Source: Methanobacteriota archaeon
GTDB lineage: Archaea; Halobacteriota; Bog-38; Methanoflorentales; Methanoflorentaceae
Reading direction: 5' to 3'
Length of the DNA: 64,000 nt
NCBI GenBank assembly: GCA_963719035.1
Contig: CAVRAO010000008.1
Location: forward strand, 288,001 to 352,000
Both the position numbers and the translations under genes were made by a program. Position 1 is the first letter of the stretch, and each line of letters opens with the position of its first letter. The notes below the pieces were generated by a model. That model searched no databases. It saw only the letters and a program-made list of their open reading frames with translations, and was not told the origin of the DNA. This document shows positions 50,826 to 60,859 of this stretch, in pieces.

Positions 50826-52553
50826 ATGCGCCTGCGAGCCTTTCTACTCGACGTCGATTATATCACGCTAAACGGTCGCGCAGTTATTCGACTGTGGCTT
50901 AAAGATGAGCGTGGTCAAAATATTATCGCCTACGATTCAGGTTTTGAACCCTATTTTTACGCAGTAACGGACGACGCTGAGGCGATCATGTCGGTTGCTT
51001 CAACGCGATCTGGAGAAGAGATTAGGCCGAATCGCGTCGAACGTGTCGTGCGCAAGGATTTTGGGCAACCGCTCACCGTGCTCAAGGTGTTTGTCGATCA
51101 CCCGCAACACGTGCCGATATTGCGAGAAAAGGTCGCGGAGGTTGGCGTAAGTGTCAGGGAAGCAGACATTCTATTCGCCGTGCGGTACATAATCGATCGC
51201 GAACTCGTGCCCATGGATCAGGTTCTGGTGGAAGGCCGCGAACGCGCAGATCCGCATTTTTCCTTCGCCATCGACGTCGACCATATAGAAGCAGAACAGC
51301 ACCACACGAATCCCGATCTCAAAGTGATGGCCTTCGACTGCGAGATGTTAAGCCACGGTGGCGTTCCAATTCCGAGCAAAGACCCGATCATCATTATTTC
51401 CATAGCGACCGGAGCTGATGAAACAGCCTTCCTTTCGGTTGGTGAAGACAAGGATGATAGGCGGATCATCGCCGACTTCATCTCCTTCATTCACGAATAT
51501 GACCCCGACGTTATCGTCGGCTACAATACTGACGAGTTTGATTGGCAATACTTGAAAACGAGAGCAGAAAAATTCAAGCTTCGCTTGACGATCGGAAGGG
51601 ACGAGAGTCCTGCCAAGTTCAGCGCCGGGGGTGGCATGAAAGAGGTCAGGATCTTCGGACGCAGCAACGTCGATTTGTATAAGGTCGTAAAACGGGATCT
51701 TGGCGAGCTCAGCGTTAAAACGTTGGACAATGTTGCCGACTACCTGGGGGTCATGCGCAAGTCGGAACGCGTGCAAGTGCAGGGTTGGGACATGGCGCGG
51801 TATTGGAACGATCCTAAGCTTAGGCATGTTCTTTTTGATTATTCCAAAGCCGATGTGGTGAGCACGTGGGGGGTCGCAGAACGCCTGCTCCCTCTTCAGT
51901 TTGAATTTTCACGCATCGTAAGACAACCGTTGGACGACGTATCAAGAATGGGGAGGGGGCGGCAGGTCGAGTCACTTTTAGTTGCTGAGGCGTACAAGAT
52001 AAATGAAATTGTGCCTGCAAAAAGAGGGGGCTCGGGCAGCTACGCCGGAGGCTTCGTCCTCTTTCCAAAATCCGGCGTGCACGAAGACGTACTCAGCCTT
52101 GACTTTTCAGCTATGTACCCTTCAATAATGATTAGCTACAACATTTCGCCGGACACCGTCATGTCGCCAGATGAAAAGTCTACGGAATTCTACGAGGCCC
52201 CAGAAACGCAATATCGATTTAGGAAGCAGCCTGATGGATTCTTCAAACTCATACTCACGAACTTAATTGAACGAAGAACTGCAGTTAGAGAACAAATGAC
52301 TCACACTGACAAGGGTTCACGCGATTTTACTTCACTTGATGTTCACCAGAACGCAATCAAGATCCTGACAAACGCGTTCTATGGTTATACTGGATGGCAT
52401 GCGGCGAAGTGGTACCGCAAAGAGTGTGCTGAAGCAACGACAGCGTGGGGACGCACTATCATACAGGACGCGGTTGAGCGTGCTGAGAAGCACGGTCTCG
52501 AGGTCATCTACGGAGACACTGACAGCTTATTTGTGAAGCTCAAAAATGCCTGA
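50826..52553 (+). CDS. polB: Family B DNA polymerase, large N-terminal part (N-term, exonuclease, motifs A-C)
   Basis: FDCE (ExoI), GYN..FD (ExoII), Y...D (ExoIII), DFSAMYPS, K...N..YGY, YGDTDS, then stop 8 residues later. Confidence 0.95.
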   Translation: MRLRAFLLDVDYITLNGRAVIRLWLKDERGQNIIAYDSGFEPYFYAVTDDAEAIMSVASTRSGEEIRPNRVERVVRKDFGQPLTVLKVFVDHPQHVPILREKVAEVGVSVREADILFAVRYIIDRELVPMDQVLVEGRERADPHFSFAIDVDHIEAEQHHTNPDLKVMAFDCEMLSHGGVPIPSKDPIIIISIATGADETAFLSVGEDKDDRRIIADFISFIHEYDPDVIVGYNTDEFDWQYLKTRAEKFKLRLTIGRDESPAKFSAGGGMKEVRIFGRSNVDLYKVVKRDLGELSVKTLDNVADYLGVMRKSERVQVQGWDMARYWNDPKLRHVLFDYSKADVVSTWGVAERLLPLQFEFSRIVRQPLDDVSRMGRGRQVESLLVAEAYKINEIVPAKRGGSGSYAGGFVLFPKSGVHEDVLSLDFSAMYPSIMISYNISPDTVMSPDEKSTEFYEAPETQYRFRKQPDGFFKLILTNLIERRTAVREQMTHTDKGSRDFTSLDVHQNAIKILTNAFYGYTGWHAAKWYRKECAEATTAWGRTIIQDAVERAEKHGLEVIYGDTDSLFVKLKNA

Positions 52554-52673
52554 TTTGCGGCATGCGGTAAAGGGAGGCGCGCTAAAGAGCAGTCGAGAGT
52601 GATTTGTGCCGATTAATCGCGCGACAAAACCATTCACAATCGGTCGTCGATATGAGCGACAAGGAGGGACCTA

Positions 52674-53351
52674 ATGGCAGCTGAATTAATGGATAGAGTC
52701 CGCACATTCATCCAGGAGCTCTCGACCATTTATCCAATTCGGCTCGACGTGCAGGAGCACTACACGGCTATCTTCTTTACCGAGAAGAAGAAGCGCTACG
52801 CTGGGATTACCGAAGATGGAACCATTGTTGTCAGAGGTCTTGAAGTGCGCAGGGGTGATTGGTGCGCACTCGCAAAGGAGCTCCAGTCTGATGTCATCAA
52901 GATCATTCTTGAGAGGCGAGAACCTGGAGCTGCTGCAGAGCTGGTCACGAGTACGATCAAAAAACTTAGAGCTGGCGAGATTCCGTTAGCAAAGCTCATA
53001 ATCTACAAAACGCTTACTAAAAAGATCGCAAGCTACGAATCCGTCCAAGCTCACGTAAGGGCAGCAAAGCGAGCAAAAGAATACGGCCTTTCCGCTGACG
53101 TTGGCGCGAAAATTGCGTATCTCGTTATGAAAGGGTCTGGATCGATTGGAGACCGATCTTATCCGGCTGAGATTTTTACCCAAGAAGAAGGCAAAGTGGT
53201 TGATACAGATAAACGACAACGAGAGATAGACGTCGAATATTACATTAAGCATCAAATTCTTCCGCCCGTCGGAAGAATACTAAATTACTTCGATTACGAC
53301 GATTCAGAGCTCGAAGGACAACCTTTCCAAAGCACTCTCGGTCATTTCTGA
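52674..53351 (+). CDS. polB: Family B DNA polymerase, C-terminal part (rest of palm, thumb, PIP-like tail)
   Basis: KKRYAG, RGLEVRRGDW, YY..Q..P, terminal QSTLGHF; own AAGGAGG RBS. Confidence 0.93.
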   Translation: MAAELMDRVRTFIQELSTIYPIRLDVQEHYTAIFFTEKKKRYAGITEDGTIVVRGLEVRRGDWCALAKELQSDVIKIILERREPGAAAELVTSTIKKLRAGEIPLAKLIIYKTLTKKIASYESVQAHVRAAKRAKEYGLSADVGAKIAYLVMKGSGSIGDRSYPAEIFTQEEGKVVDTDKRQREIDVEYYIKHQILPPVGRILNYFDYDDSELEGQPFQSTLGHF

Positions 53352-53575
53352 CGATCATTGATGGGTTTCGTGTCTTCATTCCTTGCCGCAAAACGACACG
53401 TCGGCTTGCGGCGTGCTCAATCTTAAGATGAGCGGACTCTAATATTGAACAAGGTTCTTTAGACTGGGGCCTTCGCAGGTAGCGTCATCCCACTTCGTCG
53501 CTATTGGCGCCATTTACTCAGAACCTGCTCTGTTCAGCGCCCGCTTAAGCATTCCTCATACTTTACAAGCATATT

Positions 53576-53608
53576 AAAAATAGAAGGAATAGGAGCGCGA
53601 ACGCTCCC
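53576..53608 (-). terminator. Hairpin plus T-tract after the 110-aa gene
   Basis: Minus strand GGAGCG-TTCG-CGCTCC, then pyrimidine-rich stretch and TTTTT. Confidence 0.5.
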
Positions 53609-53625
53609 TTACTGTTCACCCAGAA

Positions 53626-53958
53626 TTACCGCTTCATTGCTGCCATTGCTTCTGCTTCGGCTTTCAAAACCCCCCTCATGATTTCCTTTCCCGTTTCGTA
53701 TGGTATCATTTCGCGCACTTCGCTCACGATCCAAGGGTAGAATGAGAATGTCCTCGTGAACATATCTTTGGCTTCTCCGCTAACAATTGCATATCCTGAC
53801 GTTCCATCTGGGAAGTAGCCGAACTCTAGCAGTCCATCTTCCTTTAACCCTTTGTCAAGCATTGCGAACAGCATCTCAGACAACTGTATCATTTCCGCCG
53901 GGTCAGCCGGCCACGGCGCTACCGGGTTCATGTGCCACGTGTTCAAAAATTTCGCCAT
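53626..53958 (-). CDS. Hypothetical protein, DUF3303-like small alpha/beta fold
   Basis: AAGGAGGT RBS, F...W, G.F.DG.SGY pattern. Confidence 0.65.
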   Translation of the reverse strand: MAKFLNTWHMNPVAPWPADPAEMIQLSEMLFAMLDKGLKEDGLLEFGYFPDGTSGYAIVSGEAKDMFTRTFSFYPWIVSEVREMIPYETGKEIMRGVLKAEAEAMAAMKR

Positions 53959-54216
53959 TTCTTTAACCTCCTTTCACTGTTGACGGCGGTGGCAGTGACC
54001 GCCGTTTTTTCTAAAACACGTAAAAAGACGCTCTAAGGACATAAATATTGTTGTGACAGACGCTTGTTACGCTTCTAACTTCAGTTCAGCGGCCTGAAGC
54101 CTGGAGGCGAGGCACGAGATGATGCTCTGCCTGTTCGCGCGGATCAACCAGCAGTTATGCCTTTTTCAATGAAAAACTTTTTATAAATTATTAATAGTGA
54201 TAGACCGGTTGATCGC

Positions 54217-55498
54217 ATGGGTAGCGAAAATCAAGCTTCAGAAAGCAGCGCGCTCACACTTTTTGGCATGAGCCCAGAAAAAGGCCGCTGGATATTTGTT
54301 GCGCTCGGACTCGCCATCAACGTGTGTTTGGGCAGCATATACTCGTGGAGCGTTTTTAGGTTGCCGCTCCAAAAACTCTGGTCTATCGATGCGACCGCCA
54401 GTTTATTGCCATTTATCTTCTTTCTCGCATTTTTCGCCCTTCTGATGCCTTTCGCTGGTGGACCCCTCGACAAATATGGTCCTCGGAAGCTAACGATCCT
54501 CGGAGGGATTATCGTTGGAATCGGGTGGATTCTGGCAAGTCAAGCGCCGAACATCGCGATCCTCACGTTAGCTTACGGTATCATCGGCGGTGCAGGAGTT
54601 GGAATCGCCTACAACGCCCCAATCGGCGTGAGCGGACGATGGTTCCCCGACAGCAGAGGGCTTGCTGTTGGACTGACGGTGCTGGGGTTCGGCGTATCGC
54701 CGCTGATTACCGCACCATTGGGCAACTATCTGATCGGCACCTACGGGGTTATGAGCAGCCTTGGTATTTTGGGCATTGCATTTTTGATCTTGATCGTGCT
54801 GCTTGCATTGCCCCTGCGATTTCCTGACCCTGACTGGCGGCCAGAAGGCTGGACAGCAGGCGCAAGCGAGCGCGCAATGTGAAGACCTTAACAGATCCCA
54901 AATGGTCCGCACGCGAGGTTTCGTTGGACTCTGGCTTGGATTCTTCATCGGCACCTTAGCGGGCCTGATGGCGATTGGCATCAGCAGCCCAGCAGGGCAA
55001 GAAGTATTCAAGTTGAGCGCAGCGACCGCTGCCGCCTTGGTGGGTGTCTTTGCCATATTCAACGGCATCGGTCGGCCCATTTTTGGTTACCTCGTCGACC
55101 GGATATACCCGCGAAATGCGGCGATGCTGAGCTTCGTCATTATCGCAGCAGCCGCGATACTCCTTGGATTTGGGGCCGCTCCTGGTGCCACGGGCGTCTA
55201 TATCGTCGGGTTCTGTGCCCTGTGGCTCTGTCTCGGGGGTTGGCTCGCAATCGCGCCCGCGTGCACCGCCGCATTTTGTGGCACCAAGTATTACGGGCCG
55301 AATTACGGGCTCGTCTTTACCGCGTACGGCGCCGGAGCCATTGTAGGAAACCTTCTCGCTGGGCAGTTGCGGGATCTCGTCGGAAGTTATGTCGCGGTGT
55401 TCTATCCGGTCGCCGTACTGGCTATCGCCGGCATCGTGATCTCCTTCTTCCTCATTCGGCCGCCAAGCCAGCCAAGTGTTGAGGAAAAAGGGGCATAG
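54217..55498 (+). CDS. OFA-family MFS monocarboxylate transporter, copy 1, +1 frameshift near 54864
   Basis: YSWSVF, DKYGPR, WFPD.RGLA.G, NG.GR, NYG; central linker is 28 nt versus 27 nt in copy 2. Confidence 0.85.
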
Positions 55499-55588
55499 GC
55501 CCTCCCTTTCTACGTTACTGCCGATGGCAGCCATCATCGTAGACTGCTCGAGCACGACATTCTCAATAGTGATTGGCCAGTTGATCAC

Positions 55589-56869
55589 ATGGGTAGCGAA
55601 AATCGAGCTTCAGACAGCAGTGCGCTCACGCTGTTTGGCATGAGCCCAGAAAAAGGCCGCTGGATATTTGTCGCGCTCGGACTGGCCATCAACATGTGTT
55701 TGGGGGGCACCTACTCGTGGAGCGTTTTCCGGTTGCCCCTGCAAAAACTCTGGTCTATCGATGCGACCGCCAGTCTATTGCCATTTATCTTCTTTTTCGC
55801 ATCTTTCGCCGTGCTCATGCCGTTAGCCGGAGCGCCCCTCGATAAATACGGTCCTCGAAGGCTGACAATCATCGGAGGGATCATTGTAGGGATCGGTTGG
55901 ATTCTTGCAAGTCAAGCGCCGAATATCACGTTCCTTACGTTAGCTTACGGTATTATCGGTGGTGCGGGAGTCGGAATCGTCTACAACGCCACAATTGGCG
56001 CGAGCGCTCGATGGTTTCCTGATAGGAGAGGGCTCGCAGTAGGACTCACGATACTGGGGGTTGGCGTATCACCGCTGATTACCGCACCGTTGAGCAACTG
56101 GCTGATCGTTAATTACGGGGTTTTGACCAGCTTTGGTATTTTGGGCATTGCGTTCTTGATCTTGATCGTGCTGCTTGGATTGCCGCTGCGATTTCCACCC
56201 CATAACTGGCGGCCAGAAGGCCGGAGACCGTCGCGACAGAGCGTGCAGTGTGAAGACCTTACCAGCTCCCAAATGGTCCGAACGAGAGGATTCGTTGGAC
56301 TCTGGCTTGGCTTCTTCATCGGGACCCTCGCAGGCTTGATGGCAGTTGGTATCAGCAGTCCCGTAGGACAAGAAGTGTTCAAGTTGAACGCAGCGACCGC
56401 TGCCGCCTTGGTGGGCGTCTTCGCCGTATTTAACGGCATTGGTCGGCCTATTTTTGGGTACCTCGCCGACCGGATACACCCGCGCAATGCGGCGATGCTG
56501 AGCTTCGCCATTATCGCAGCAGCCGCGATACTCCTTGGATTTGGGGCGGCTCCTGGTGCCACGGGCGTGTATATCGTTGGGTTCTGTGCCCTGTGGTTTT
56601 GTGGCGGAGCGTGGCTCGCGATCGCGCCTGCGTGCACTGCCGCTTTTTGTGGCACTAAGTACTACGGGCCAAATTACGGGCTTGTCTTTACCGCTTTCGG
56701 GGCCGGAGCCATTGTGGGAAATCTTCTTGCTGGGCAGTTGCGGGATCTCGTCGGCAGTTATGTGGCAGTGTTCTATCCGGTCGCGATACTTGCGATTGCC
56801 GGCATTGTGATCTCGTTCTTCCTCATTCGGGCGCCAATTCAGGGACGTCGTGAGAGTGGAGGGGCATAG
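55589..56869 (+). CDS. OFA-family MFS monocarboxylate transporter, copy 2 (intact)
   Basis: Same motifs; close tandem paralog of copy 1. Confidence 0.9.
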   Translation: MGSENRASDSSALTLFGMSPEKGRWIFVALGLAINMCLGGTYSWSVFRLPLQKLWSIDATASLLPFIFFFASFAVLMPLAGAPLDKYGPRRLTIIGGIIVGIGWILASQAPNITFLTLAYGIIGGAGVGIVYNATIGASARWFPDRRGLAVGLTILGVGVSPLITAPLSNWLIVNYGVLTSFGILGIAFLILIVLLGLPLRFPPHNWRPEGRRPSRQSVQCEDLTSSQMVRTRGFVGLWLGFFIGTLAGLMAVGISSPVGQEVFKLNAATAAALVGVFAVFNGIGRPIFGYLADRIHPRNAAMLSFAIIAAAAILLGFGAAPGATGVYIVGFCALWFCGGAWLAIAPACTAAFCGTKYYGPNYGLVFTAFGAGAIVGNLLAGQLRDLVGSYVAVFYPVAILAIAGIVISFFLIRAPIQGRRESGGA

Positions 56870-57134
56870 TCCTTTCCTTTCTTAAGCGTTGCAATGCACA
56901 CTCCTTCACATCGGGCGACGACGATTACATAAAAAACAGCGTTCATCGTGATCGGCGCCGCCCAAACAAACGTTAAAAAAGGCAAAAACGCTGTCGCGAA
57001 CACGCTGCTCGAGTCAAGGGTTATTACCATCAGCACAATCCAACCGTTGTGCAAATTATTAAGCACCAGCATTCAGTGTAGCTTGTCAGCTCTTTCTTCG
57101 TGAAGTCCAGCTCTAGAGCCGGAAGGCCGCTTCT

Positions 57135-59084
57135 TCACCACTTGAACCCGATGAGGTTCCAGTAGTTGAGCCATGCGATGAAGGCAAGCGCTGCTCCCGT
57201 GACGACCGTGTAATGTAGCCTCCCCCAGACGTTCCAATATCCCTTCACCCACGCGAGCACGGTGAAGCTCACGGCGCCGAAGGTCAGCACGGTGCCAATA
57301 AGCGAGAGGATCAGCGCAGCGATGATCGAGAAGGGGACGCTCGTATTGAACATTACGTTGTTTATGATCGTTTCATCAGCTGCCAGCGTGGAGATCGCGC
57401 CAAAGAACACTAAAAAGAGCGCGCTCGCCGTTCCTAGCACCCAATGGGCGCAGCGGGTCTGACGGGAGTTTACGCCGCTGGCATGGCCGTCGAGCACGGC
57501 GCCGATCGGCCAGATCGCTACTGTGGGGAGAAGCGCGAGGCTGAGGTACGAGACGTTGTCGACGAAGGCGGGGGTCGAGTACCACGCTAACCGGTTATAG
57601 TACTGCGGGGCAGCTGAAAAGAAAAGGTGCGTGCCGTTGCCATCGTTCTTAAAGATGGCCGTCTGCAAGACCGTTTGTGCGCCATCCGCTCTCGTAAATA
57701 CAAGCGGCGCCACCTCGACGTACTCAGCGGCTTGTCCACCCATGCTCATTTGTAGCGTACCGTTCGGGCGCCCAGTGATTTCGACGAGCTGCGGTTTTAC
57801 GAGGTATTTTTCGAGTGTGCTATACGCACTCCGCGTTTTTTGGTAGGTGCCCGTCACCGAACTCGCGTCGTGGTAATTCACGAGCTCAGGTATGGCCTTT
57901 TCAACCGGATAGTAGCGATCGAGAAACGCGTTGAGCAAGTCTTCCCGGGCAGCCGTCCCTGCTGGACCGTTATACGACACGAATAGGCCTACATTACGCG
58001 CAGGTAGCAGCACGAAGTAGGCGTGAAAAACGTTCGTATCGCCATTATGCCAAAGGATCTGCTCGTTGTTGCGCGTCATCATGCCAAGGCCAAGCGCCCA
58101 CGAGGCATGAGGATCCGGGGTGAAATGGGGGCTATGCATCTCTATCGCAGTTGCGTTGTTTAGGATGCGTACATCGCCGTAGCGCCCGTTCTGAAGGTGG
58201 GCGGTCAGGAACTTGGCCATGTCGGGCGCGGTGGACATTATCGCGCCTGCCGGGGCTACTTGGAGTATTTCCTCTGGTGTTGGCGTATATGTGCTCCCGT
58301 CATAGGTGTATCCCGTTGAGACGTCCTGTGCCAGCTTTTCCGGCACCGGCTGCTCGATCGTCGTACGGTTCATGCCAAGCGGCGTAAAGAGCTTTGCGTT
58401 GGCGTACTGGTCGAACGGCATGCCGGAAACCTGCTCCACGATGTGGGCAGCAAGGGCCGTCCCCCAGTTCGAGTAGGACCAGACCTGTCCTGGCGGGAAA
58501 ACACGTGCCGGCATGGTGCGCGCCAGCGCGGTTCCTAGGGGCAAGAGATCGCTGACGTTACTTACCGCAAAACCTCGCTCTTTGTTCTCAAACCCCGCCG
58601 TATGCGTCATCAGGTTCTCCATTGTGACGGGCTGCGGATACGTGTTAGGAATCTTGAAATCTGAAAGGTACGTGTTCACATCCGCGTGCAAGTCGATCTT
58701 TCCCTCTTCAACGAGCTGCATGACGGCCGTCCACGTGAAGAGCTTCGTGATCGATCCGATACCGAACAGCGTCGTGTTAGCGTCGACGGGGGTTTGATTC
58801 TCGAGGTTGGCATAGCCGTAGCCCTTAGCAAAAAAAAGTTGACCTTCCTTGACCACCGCCACGGTGGCCCCGGGGATGCGGTAGGTTTGGAGTTCATTTA
58901 CAATCGTATGGTTGAGGAATGCCTCCAATTCGGCGGGGTCCTTCAGCCCTCGTGTGGTATCGCTTGCCGCTGCGTTCGACGTTGATGGGGCCTGTTGCGC
59001 CGCACACAGGCTGGGAATGAATCCCGCTAGCAAAAGAAGCGTCACGAGCGTGACTATGATAAAGGTCAATCGAGGGGCTGACAT
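57135..59084 (-). CDS. Membrane-anchored serine hydrolase (beta-lactamase/AmpC-like family)
   Basis: Signal peptide, SITK (SxxK), YSN, HNG, four C-terminal TM helices; start ATG 59084. Confidence 0.88.
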   Translation of the reverse strand: MSAPRLTFIIVTLVTLLLLAGFIPSLCAAQQAPSTSNAAASDTTRGLKDPAELEAFLNHTIVNELQTYRIPGATVAVVKEGQLFFAKGYGYANLENQTPVDANTTLFGIGSITKLFTWTAVMQLVEEGKIDLHADVNTYLSDFKIPNTYPQPVTMENLMTHTAGFENKERGFAVSNVSDLLPLGTALARTMPARVFPPGQVWSYSNWGTALAAHIVEQVSGMPFDQYANAKLFTPLGMNRTTIEQPVPEKLAQDVSTGYTYDGSTYTPTPEEILQVAPAGAIMSTAPDMAKFLTAHLQNGRYGDVRILNNATAIEMHSPHFTPDPHASWALGLGMMTRNNEQILWHNGDTNVFHAYFVLLPARNVGLFVSYNGPAGTAAREDLLNAFLDRYYPVEKAIPELVNYHDASSVTGTYQKTRSAYSTLEKYLVKPQLVEITGRPNGTLQMSMGGQAAEYVEVAPLVFTRADGAQTVLQTAIFKNDGNGTHLFFSAAPQYYNRLAWYSTPAFVDNVSYLSLALLPTVAIWPIGAVLDGHASGVNSRQTRCAHWVLGTASALFLVFFGAISTLAADETIINNVMFNTSVPFSIIAALILSLIGTVLTFGAVSFTVLAWVKGYWNVWGRLHYTVVTGAALAFIAWLNYWNLIGFKW

Positions 59085-59264
59085 GTGATCGCCGACTCCA
59101 TCAAGTGGCGGGCGGCCGCCTCGCCAGCAGTACATCGCTCACGCCACGGGGCGCACGAGCACGTATCGTCGCTTGAGTTACCAACATGCTGCGGATGTCG
59201 TATTCCCTTTTAAAGCTTGTGAAAAGTGGCTAAAGCACGCCACGATGCGCCTTCCTTCTGCTAG

Positions 59265-59513
59265 GCGATCGCGCCTGCGTGCACCGCCGCATTTTGTGGC
59301 ACCAAGTATTACGGACCGAATTACGGGCTTGTCTTTACCGCTTTCGGGGCCGGAGCCATTGTGGGAAACCTTCTTGCTGGGCAGTTGCGGGATCTCGTCG
59401 GCAGTTATGTGGCAGTGTTCTATCCGGTCGCGATGCTGGCCATCGCGGGCATTGTGATCTCCTTCTTCCTCATTCGGGCGCCAAGTCAGGCAAGTCTTGA
59501 GGAAAAAGCATAG
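59265..59513 (+). pseudogene. 3' fragment of a third MFS transporter copy
   Basis: Near-identical to 56618-56869 and to the end of copy 1; no 5' part. Confidence 0.9.
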
Positions 59514-59728
59514 TCCCGTTCTTTCTTACGCTGTTGCCGAGAACGCCTCTTTTGAGGCTGGGTAGAAGCTAATGATCTATGAAGGGTTGGCTCCCGCCAG
59601 AGAGCTCGTGTGATGCTTATGATCATTTCATAGCTCTTGGCAAGTGCGAACAGGCACGAGCAGGGGCCAGATTCCTTGAAAACTTCATATCTGTTCGAAC
59701 GCGAGATAAGTCACATCAAACGGAAAAA

Positions 59729-59762
59729 GTGTGACAAAAAGTGTAACAAAATGGTAACAAAA
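59729..59762. repeat. Three tandem 11-12 bp direct repeats (core GTRACAAAA)
   Basis: gtgtgacaaaaa / gtgtaacaaaa / tggtaacaaaa. Confidence 0.65.
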
Positions 59763-60452
59763 CCATGCCACTTTTAAAAAAAAACCAGCCTACGATCGTT
59801 GAGGCTTCCAACGGCGCTGCCTCGCCGTAGGCAAACGAGAAGCCTCTTTTTTAATTATCAATTAAATATTATATAAATAATATAAATATATTTAACGTGC
59901 ATTCCTGTATGCGAGGCAAACCACGCCACAATTTGACTTTAAAAAACAAAGAGATAGACACCAAATGCCCTGCGTCCAGTCCCAGCGGCCAATGCCGTAA
60001 CATACGGAAATCTAAATAGCGATTTAGCGGTATTTTGCACCGCTATTATTGGAAAATGGGGTCGTGCGCGACTGTTATTCGTTGAAACGGTTAAAATAGA
60101 GAGTTAGACGTCTTTTTGCGCTCTTCAGTTTAAAATAAACACTACTTTATGCGATAAATTAACCCCAAAATGAAGCTACATATTCTCAACCGAGGCCGTG
60201 AATGCGTTACAAATCCGAACATTGATTTACTATCGCGTCGTAAGGAATAACGATGAAAAATTCACGTTAAAAAAAGCGATAAAGAAACGAAAGCAGGCCG
60301 CGCGATTGATGAGCATCAATATGGTCTGCCTTCGCACGTAGTAGACGCGTTAAAACTATTGGAACTATTTGTATAATAGTTTTGGCTTTTTTTGTGTCTT
60401 CCCTCGTAGTCGCCGCTTCTAACGTGAAATACTCCGAAAGGATGAAGAGCAC

Positions 60453-60800
60453 GTGAAAGATATTAGAAACAAGACACGGATTCGTTGAGCTGCGGGCTCA
60501 AGGAAATCGCTAAGGGCAGTCGCCGATGAGCTTGGAATCGGCCTTCAGACAGCTGTGCGATGGGACCACGAGCTCAAGGAACAGATCGAGAATCGGAAAG
60601 CAATGGAGCTCAATGCGCTCCTGGAGCGGACCGACTGACCATGCAGGCGAAAATCGAGCGCTACGGCGCTGAACTCAAGCGGTTGACCAAGGAGCTGCAA
60701 GAGCGCGACCTCGCCGGGTGCCGACCCCGAAGCTTTATGATATAATACTCAAACTGCACGCCCGCGTTGAGGAGGTGTGTCCGGCGCTGACTTACGCGGC
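60453..60800 (+). pseudogene. Frameshifted HTH/coiled-coil protein of mobile-element type
   Basis: Reconstructed FVELRAQG.SLRAVADELGIGLQTAVRW...ELQERDL..VPTPKL across about 4 frameshifts. Confidence 0.65.
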
Positions 60801-60859
60801 GATGACGAGGTCGCGGACCAGAAGGCGCTGCGCGAGTTGGTCGATTCACGACGTCCGCT

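Noticed and set aside
52551-52673. Selenocysteine/readthrough, intein or BHB intron joining the PolB halves
   Set aside because: The halves are in frame but the spacer has further TAA and TGA stops; no intein terminal motifs; a TGCC/GGCA 4-bp pairing lacks flanking helices for a BHB
57135-59084. True beta-lactamase resistance gene
   Set aside because: SxxK/YxN/HxG with a C-terminal TM anchor fits the broad peptidase/esterase family; archaea lack the beta-lactam target
59840-60180. Chromosomal oriC
   Set aside because: Only a weak TGGAAAATGGGG resemblance to ORB, no repeated ORBs and no cdc6/orc1 in the window
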